NCBI RefSeq assembly: GCF_001194135.2
Contig: NC_068982.1
Span: 95,121,667 to 95,165,742, forward strand
Origin: Octopus bimaculoides
Taxonomy: Eukaryota
Direction of reading: 5' to 3'
Length of the DNA stretch: 44,076 nucleotides
The position numbers were made by a program, and so were the translations under genes. Position 1 is the first letter of the stretch; each line of letters begins with the position of its first letter. Positions 36,459 to 44,076 of the stretch are shown one piece after another. The notes beneath the pieces are model-generated. The model searched no databases. It was not told the DNA's origin and saw nothing but the letters and a program-made list of their open reading frames with translations.

Positions 36459-37710
36459 ATATATATATATATATACATATATATACTAGCTGAATGACCC
36501 GGCGTTGCTCGAGTTACTGCTGTTCTTATTCAGATTAGGAAACAATGAATATAAAGATAAAAATATTATCATTTCTAAATCTCTCAACGAGAAACATTCA
36601 GTATCAGTACTCTAAAATAGAAAATATTTGCCAACATAACGTGGTAGCTCCAATTGGGACATCGTCTCCACCTGGCTATAGGACACACTATCTGTGTCCC
36701 AATATCTTCGAACAGGGGAGTTTAACATCCCCTCTCAGCACAAAGCAATATTTGCGGACCGCGGTATCTGGGTAATTTCACTTCCTCATCACAGAATAAC
36801 TGCTTGGCTAGTTTTCACTTCGAAAATTATATATATTTTCGAACAGGAGTTCAGCAGGAGTTTTTAAACTTAATTTTAGTTTATTTTCAATACTGAGTCA
36901 CTCGATTGGAAAAAGATTTCTGATTTCCTCTTACGATAATAAATCTCTCAAAACGTGCAAGCATATCTATACATACATACATACATACATATATACATAC
37001 ATACATATATACATACATACACACATACAATAGATATATAGGAATATGTATGTTTATATCTATATGCATGTATGTGCATGTGTATATATACATGCATATA
37101 CCTATATATATATATATATANNNNNNNNNNNNNNNNNNNNNNNNNNNNNNNNNNNNNNNNNNNNNNNNNNNNNNNNNNNNNNNNNNNNNNNNNNNNNNNN
37201 NNNNNNNNNNNNNNNNNNNNNNNNNNNNNNNNNNNNNNNNNNNNNNNNNNNNNNNNNNNNNNNNNNNNNNNNNNNNNNNNNNNNNNNNNNNNNNNNNTAT
37301 ATATACATATGATACGTGTACAAAACATACATACGCATTTAGTTATAGTGACTAATTAGTTATCTGTGTGCATGTATGAGTATATGTATGTATACACACA
37401 CACACGCCCACACTCATATATATATATATATATATATACATATATTTCAAACATATTACAAAACACAATAAACTGATTTTTTACAAAAACATAACAAACA
37501 GAATGTTCCTTATCAGCCAACGTCCAGAAGATCGTTATAATTCTGCGCTTTTAACCTTATCTTTCACTTTATTGGCAGAAAGCTATTAGGAATAGCTACC
37601 GAATATACAGGACAATGACGGAAACAAACACGACAAAATAAAATATACTTTCAAATATACTTTCAATATAATCCCAGGAAGTTATCTCTAGCACTTTCCG
37701 ATGTTTGTAC

Positions 37711-37805
37711 GAATAAAATTTGCTGATGATATTGGGACTTTTTTTGTTTTTTCACTTTTTTTAGGCTTCTCTGCTGCTTTTTCAGTAGCAGTTTTTTCTA
37801 ACGTC
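37711..37805 (-). CDS. Candidate Lys/Glu-rich exon
   Basis: Acceptor ccttctccaaattcttagtcatacag|, then TLEKTATEKAAEKPKKSEKTKKVPISSANFI. The donor is weak (c|gtacaa), or the frame stops at 37688. The same DNA can also be read as a plus-strand polypyrimidine acceptor. Confidence 0.22.
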
Positions 37806-38309
37806 CTGTATGACTAAGAATTTGGAGAAGGATTTTTCTTCCTCCCAATGCTATGTTTGTCGATATGATCCACAAAATATCCATGCAAATCCATCTACAC
37901 CTGTATGTATATACACATACATACATGCTCTTTCACATGCACTCACTCATGTACATATTAAATATTAAGGATATGACCAGAGAAACGTTTTCTTTGACAT
38001 CTGCAATTTTCGTGCGCTCGTGCTCTCAAAGATGCGAGATAATTGCAGGAGGTAAACTCAATAATTGTTTGCAATGTTCTTATTATGTACTGGACTTATT
38101 GTATGGTGTATGCCCAAAGCCTTGTTTGTATTCGCGGCTAGTAGGTGTTATTTTTCTTTCGTAATTGTTATATAGGAGCCAACCTTAAAACTTTATGATA
38201 AAGAAGAAATATACCGACATTTACGTTTGCATTTTAGACTGGCATAATGCTAATGTTAGTATATGTTTCATCAAGAAATGCACGCGAGCGCGTGCGCACA
38301 CGCACGCAC

Positions 38310-38351
<42 letters not shown>

Positions 38352-38746
38352 GCTAATGTTAGTTTGTTTCGTCAAGAGTTTTATTTATCTTCTTCATCAA
38401 TTTGTAGATTTAGAATGAACAAAATATCAAATTCCCAGTCGCAATCGGCTGATTGTCAGTCAACTGTAAGAAGTTGATTTCCACATCTGACACTTAGGAG
38501 TATGTTGATATACTGATTCGATACACCTTGCTGCTCAATGAAGCAAAATCACTATTAATCTATGTGTTTCAATAGATGTCTGTATTGAGTCCAATGTCGC
38601 CTACGAAATCAGACCATTATGAAGTGATCACATTGGTAGTAATTTGCAACTGCAAAATATTTCATTACCGACTTGCGAAAAGTGCATTCTAAATATGTTC
38701 GTTCAGTATTATAAACTTAACTGATTCAAATTATTTTGTGTGTGTG

Positions 38747-38809
<63 letters not shown>

Positions 38810-40753
38810 ACTGTCTCTAATTTGCCATCTAACAGAATCGAAATTATTTAAGTTTTAAAATTAAGTGATAATGAAAATTTTCAACTTTTCTTAAATGGAA
38901 TGCAGATGTGGCTTGTTGACACCTATAAATCATCAATTACCGCAAATTAGCTTCATGCAAATATACATCCGTTTTGCTTTTTCTAATCGGATGCATCTAA
39001 TGCGTTTGAATTTTGGACAGTGCTTTTCTAATGTATTTTATGTTTGCAGTGCAACAGAAAAAAACATTTAAATCACATGATATTTTTCTCTTTTTCTTTC
39101 ATACTGATCAGTTTCACATTCCCATATTATTTATTTACGGCGTGGTGGACAAAACGACAGAGAGTTCAATGTTTATCAAACATTCGATATAACATTTTTT
39201 ATTGACATTTCTGTTTCAAAATAGTTTATGTCAAAGCCTGATACAGTTTGTGAATTTAAAGAGAAATTAAAGATATCATTTCATCTACGCGTGCTGTGTT
39301 CTCCTTCACATATCAGAAAATATTATCCAGTAATATTCTTTTTCAAGCCAAAAAAAAGTTAGAATATTTTTAGGTAATGTTCAGCATGTTAGGAGTAATG
39401 AGAATCGTTTTAGACAAATCGTCCTTTTATCATATATATGATAAGGCATACAGAATTACAAGCGAAACTTTGACATTTAAACATTATTAGCATGACTGTA
39501 AATTGTAAACGAATCTTGTACACATTTATCCTGGAAAGGAAGAAATACATTAGATTGATATCACGACATCGTTTCAAGAGATTGAAAACTAAGGGGGAGA
39601 ACATTTTAATCGAAATTACCAACCTTGAATATATCATGTGAGAATATATCGAAGAGAAAACTTTAAAGAAATACAAAACAATGAATTTCCATGATTATGC
39701 ATTGTATATTTTACAGCAAAGATCAAACGTTCATTAAGACAGTAAGTATTTAAATGCAATAAATTTCTAAGGTCATTATTTTCTAACACGGGTTTTATTT
39801 TTCTGGTGAGAATTCTGAAATAGATAAAAAATAATATTCGCATAACTTGTTTTATTACGAATATGACCTTTCTTTTTAATGTATTAATGGCAATAAGTCA
39901 CATGGGAAAAATCAGTAGCAAATACTAAAATATATTGTGTCTAAATACCTGAACAGGTAATAACGAATATATGGCAGTATAAAGCTTTAGAAATGATTAA
40001 AAAATAGTTGATTTTTTTTAATACTGAAAATTTCATTGTAAACAACGATGAGATTAAATATACGAAATTATTGAGGCCAAAATGCTTCAAATTTTTAGTG
40101 TTGGTGAGAGTGTGTATATGAATGCGTGGTGCGTGTTCTGTACGGACAAATAATTGCTTTAAGATTTTTTCCAAGTGAAAATTACTTCATAAGGGCACAG
40201 CTCCCTAAATGATCAAACGACCAAGCCTCTACTCGGTTGCTCGATGAATTAGAAATAATAGTCAAATTTCACTACAGTCTTTTAAAACTCAAGCCACGGG
40301 GATTAATGTAAACATAGACACAATATGCGAAAAAATTATGGAATTATCATGACTAAAATATGTCTGTTCACACATGTACAATTAGGGCCAACCAAATGTC
40401 AAGAGTCAGCAAGCAAGAGCAACGCTAATGTAAAAATTGATTTTGAAACAGTATCACTTCTTGGGGAATTTGCGAATCACATGACTGATGTTGCAAAAAC
40501 ATGTTAAACTTGAATACAGAAGCAAACAAGCCACATAGAGCAAGCAATCTTAAAAATAATGTCTAGTTACAGATTATTTAATTAAGAATAAATTAGAATG
40601 AAATGTTGTAGTTCAATTGGCACCTTTCTTTGCAAACATGAATATCTATATAGCTGTATTTCCTGTATTGCAGCTGTTCTTTGCAACTATCTTTTGATTT
40701 AGTCTTGTGAAAGAACGAAAAGATGTATAAACCGGCTTACAAGATTAACTCAC

Positions 40754-40950
40754 ATCATTTCCGTAATATTGCTTATTTTCAACTCGAACTAATCTTACAA
40801 TTTTAACTAATTGCGTATCTCTTGACAAATAAATCAAGTACACCTCTGTTCCAAGCAATTTCACTTTGGTTACACTGATTGTGTCCTTAACAAAGGCATA
40901 CACTCTGCACCCTCTTATCGCTGCACTTAAAACTAAACTCTTTGTAGTTG
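40754..40950 (-). CDS. Candidate internal exon (phase 1 to 0)
   Basis: Perfect donor gat|GTGAGT at 40753-40748 and a moderate acceptor ttctactag|. 197 nt open: (A)TTKSLVLSAAIRGCRVYAFVKDTISVTKVKLLGTEVYLIYLSRDTQLVKIVRLVRVENKQYYGND. Confidence 0.3.
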
Positions 40951-41394
40951 CTAGTAGAATTCTATTCACAAGATTTGAGCTACAACTATACCGGATTCGA
41001 GTCTTATTGAAACTAATTCATTATCTTAAACATTTGAGAAATTTAATCGTGTTGCCGCCTTCTATTTGCATAATGTGTATTCAAAATATAATCAGCAGAA
41101 ACCAGCATCGTTTTTCTTCTGTGTGCATTTTTAACATGTATATACTATATATGTTCTATTTATAACGAAATATATAAAACAAGTATCCTCTTCTTTAGAA
41201 AATTACACGCTTGTAAGATCAATTAATCATGAAATAACTGCCACTGAAGATTTAGATTAACTCGTCCAAACACCTAAATATTTAATTTCATTATTATTGT
41301 GCTGTAATGCATTAAGTGATTGTTCCATGAAACCCTTATTAATTAACTTGACTCTTTTGGCAGTGAAATGGCTGAATCCTAAGCATATCAAACA

Positions 41395-41568
41395 AAAAAA
41401 TGCTTAGCGACATTTATTTCTTCCTGCGTTCTGCTTTCAAATTCCACCGAGGTAGACTTTGGCTTCATTCCTTTTAGGGTTGATAAAATAATTACCAGTT
41501 GAGCACTGGGGTCGATTTAATAGACCTGCCCCTTACCCAAAATTTCAGACGTTGGGCTTATAATAAAA
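41395..41568 (+). mobile_element. tRNA-derived SINE family C
   Basis: A degenerate box B (gctttcaaattcc) is followed by a body shared with 6309-6380 (gactttg.c.ttcat.c.tt...gg.gataaa..a..taccagtt..cactggggtcgat). Confidence 0.8.
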
Positions 41569-41829
41569 TACAACCTGGCTCACAATTCACTTTCTTAGAG
41601 AAGATTGAAGAAATTAATTGTTTCTTTGCATTGGATTGCGAATAAAACATCCTAGATGATGTATGCAATATTTGAGAACCGGTTTTATGAAAACCTAGCT
41701 CCTGAAAATGAGACTGATACAAATGTTTTTAAAAGAACTAACCTTGACATAAAAATTTTTATTACTAATTGCTAATTCTTCATTACATTATTATACATTT
41801 GAACATTATAGCTAAAGGTATTTTCTTAC

Positions 41830-41928
41830 CACCTAGTGCTAAGCGAATTATCTTGCCATTAGTTAAGTCACAGTTTGTAATTTTCCGGAAAATTGTGTTA
41901 AATATTAGTATAGAAATAATGGGTGATA
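41830..41928 (-). CDS. Candidate 99-nt phase 1-1 exon
   Basis: Acceptor ttggtttccttcag| and strong donor gtg|GTAAGA. Only one frame is open: (V)SPIISILIFNTIFRKITNCDLTNGKIIRLALG. Phase-compatible with the 40754-40950 candidate. Confidence 0.3.
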
Positions 41929-42683
41929 CTGAAGGAAACCAACTCACTATTTCAANNNNNNNNNNGGGGGGGTATGAGTATTCGTTTTTTTTTTGTGCGA
42001 AGAAATTGCGCAAGTAATTCGTGAAATATAGAAAAATATCTTAAATGTATTTATGAGTAGTCATGATACTGAAACTGGAAATCATCTAAGCACAAACAAA
42101 ATATCAATCGTTGAAGAGGCCTCCAACAACTTGATGATTCGGCAATCGATTAATTCCAGAATTACGAAATTTTAAGTTACAAAACAAGGTTATAAAGCGA
42201 CACATCAAGAAATTCAACCATAACTGACATATCTTAATACCTGTCATGAAAAGCTATAAACTCAGATGTTAAGGTTGAGATATTTTCTAAAATTATGTAT
42301 AAAAGTTAACCTATTACGATCACACATACAACACAAACTAAGGTTAAATAAAAAAAACTTTAAATGTTAATAGTATTTAAGATATATATTTGAAAAACAA
42401 TCTTGTGAAAAATACCATTAATGATATGAGCAACATTAATTTAAAAGGTAAGACCCTAAGATACGCTGTAGTGTAAAATCTATAATATGTTATAGTCATA
42501 CGTTTACCTGTTATGCCGTTCTCATATATGTAATCTTAGAAATAGACAGCTAATTATATATTTTAAATAATTTAATGAATATTATTAATTACATAAACAG
42601 ATACTCTGTAATTTAAAGAGTCAAGACTAATAACACCATAAAACTTAGCCACAACAAATCATAGTGGAACACTTTTTGCATCA

Positions 42684-42793
42684 AAGGTGTGTAGCGTGTG
42701 ATCGTCACATTGAACATGACAGTTGAGCAGAAAATCTACATCAAATTTTGTCAAAGGTTTGGCAATATATTGCTCAGAGGCCTACGCAAAGTT
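42684..42793 (+). mobile_element. Mariner 5' fragment (start of transposase), inverted relative to the neighbouring copy
   Basis: MTVEQKIYIKFCQRFG...SEAYAK. Nucleotide homology to the reverse complement of 43160-43262. Confidence 0.8.
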
Positions 42794-42809
42794 TTCAAAA
42801 TTTTTCATC

Positions 42810-43424
42810 GTTCTAGACACAATCAAGATCTTGTGTAACTGAAACCCGAGTTTCCTTTTTTTTCAGCTGAAAGCAGTTTTGGCACAAACTTAGCAAACAC
42901 GCATCTCATATCCAAATCGTCAGTGATAATGGACTGAACTGAACCGTAACTAATCTGCACATCGTTTGATAACTCACACATGGTTATTCCACGATTCCCC
43001 CCCACACACACACACACACACACCTGCACACACATCTGTGATATTTTTCTCAGTTCTGCTGGTTGCAGGTGTCCCAGCGCGTTCGTCAATATCGGCATTT
43101 TTTCGGCCATCTTGGAAACGCCTGAACCACTCGTACATTTTTGTGCGGCTTAGGTACTCCTATTCATACACATTCTCCAACTTTGCATAGGCCTCTGAGT
43201 AGGTATCGCCATGACAACTTTCTATGTCATGGTCAATGAGACGATAACACGCTACACACTTTTCTTCCTAGCACTGCTGTAAGCAACGGAAGTGAGCTAG
43301 AACGTTAAAACTTAATGCGCATGCACAGCAGAGTCCAAGATCAATCTTTTCTTAGCGGATTTAATTTGCGTGCTTTAGCTACGTTACTATGGCAACAGTA
43401 CAGATACTTATTGACCAGACCTCG
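42810..43424 (-). mobile_element. Mariner transposon, left TIR plus HTH region, 3'-truncated
   Basis: TA|CGAGGTCTGGTCAATAAGTATCTG terminus. Translation SEAYAKL...LSRTKMYEWFRRFQDGR..IDER.G.PATSRT...RGITMCELSNDVQISYGSVQSIITDDLDMRCVFAKFVPKLLS, where FVPKLL corresponds to the mariner WVPHEL linker. An (AC)n expansion interrupts the frame at about 43005-43035. Confidence 0.92.
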
Positions 43425-43501
43425 TATGTATGTATGTATGTATGTATGTATGTATGTGTGTATGTATGTGTGTATGTATGTATGTATGTATGTATGTATG
43501 T

Positions 43502-43544
<43 letters not shown>

Positions 43545-44076
43545 CGTATGTAAGCATGTGTACACACACACACATAAAAACGCTCACACATACTCCTACA
43601 CACACATGTTCACGCACACTCACACGCGCACACACAAATTGCATTTTTTATTAAATCTCGAGCTGATTGTTTTTCTTGTGACTCGAATTTCGCGCCTCTG
43701 CCAGCTTCAATTTTTAAGAGTACCTATCCTCTGCAACATATATTGTGCACTCTTTTCTCATTCTTTCGACATCATGCAACATGTATATATACGGATCTGC
43801 CTTTCCTGAACCTTGATTGAACATCAGCAAAATTTGTCCGTGACTCTTACACTTTTTTCCACTTTTTTCCACTTTTTTCGACTTGTTTCACCTTTATCTG
43901 TCCTCCTTCTACCTTTCTCGTCCTTCCCTTGTCTCGCCACTAATAACACCCACACCGACATTCACATCCTCTCACCATGCCTGACCTTCACTCCTTCATC
44001 CAACATCTTCAGTCCCTTCTTCGCCGTTTTCTTTCTTTTTTTCCCCCACAATGCTTGCAACCGACAAAAAACCTCT

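Overview
AT-rich, repeat-dense eukaryotic scaffold DNA with about 11 N gaps and very dense microsatellites. The SINE, LINE and microsatellite mix suggests a cephalopod, probably Octopus; this is an inference from recalled repeat families, not a database match. No intact gene is visible, and most ORFs in the supplied track are microsatellite or antisense-transposon artefacts. Supported content: a decayed CR1/L2-group LINE (about 3.4-6.5 kb) and an RTE-clade LINE (9.8-11.4 kb, minus). There are two R4/Dong-clade restriction-like-endonuclease LINEs tail-to-tail (26.8-30.0 kb plus; 30.4-32.2 kb minus) and Penelope-like GIY-YIG remnants. DNA transposon relics are Tc1, maT (DD37D) and mariner, plus a 216-bp mariner MITE, and there are several tRNA-derived SINEs. 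Best leads: (1) both R4/Dong LINEs lie inside same-orientation (CATA)n tracts, suggesting microsatellite targeting. (2) The CR1/L2 LINE shares its 3' tail with a SINE family and carries a nested SINE with a perfect 16-bp TSD. (3) Two different repeats share a variant hammerhead-like core, CCAACGAA-Nx-CGAAACGT. (4) A few low-confidence candidate host exons lie on the minus strand, one pair with a weak, unproven resemblance to CBS/cysteine synthase. I found no convincing novel multi-gene system.
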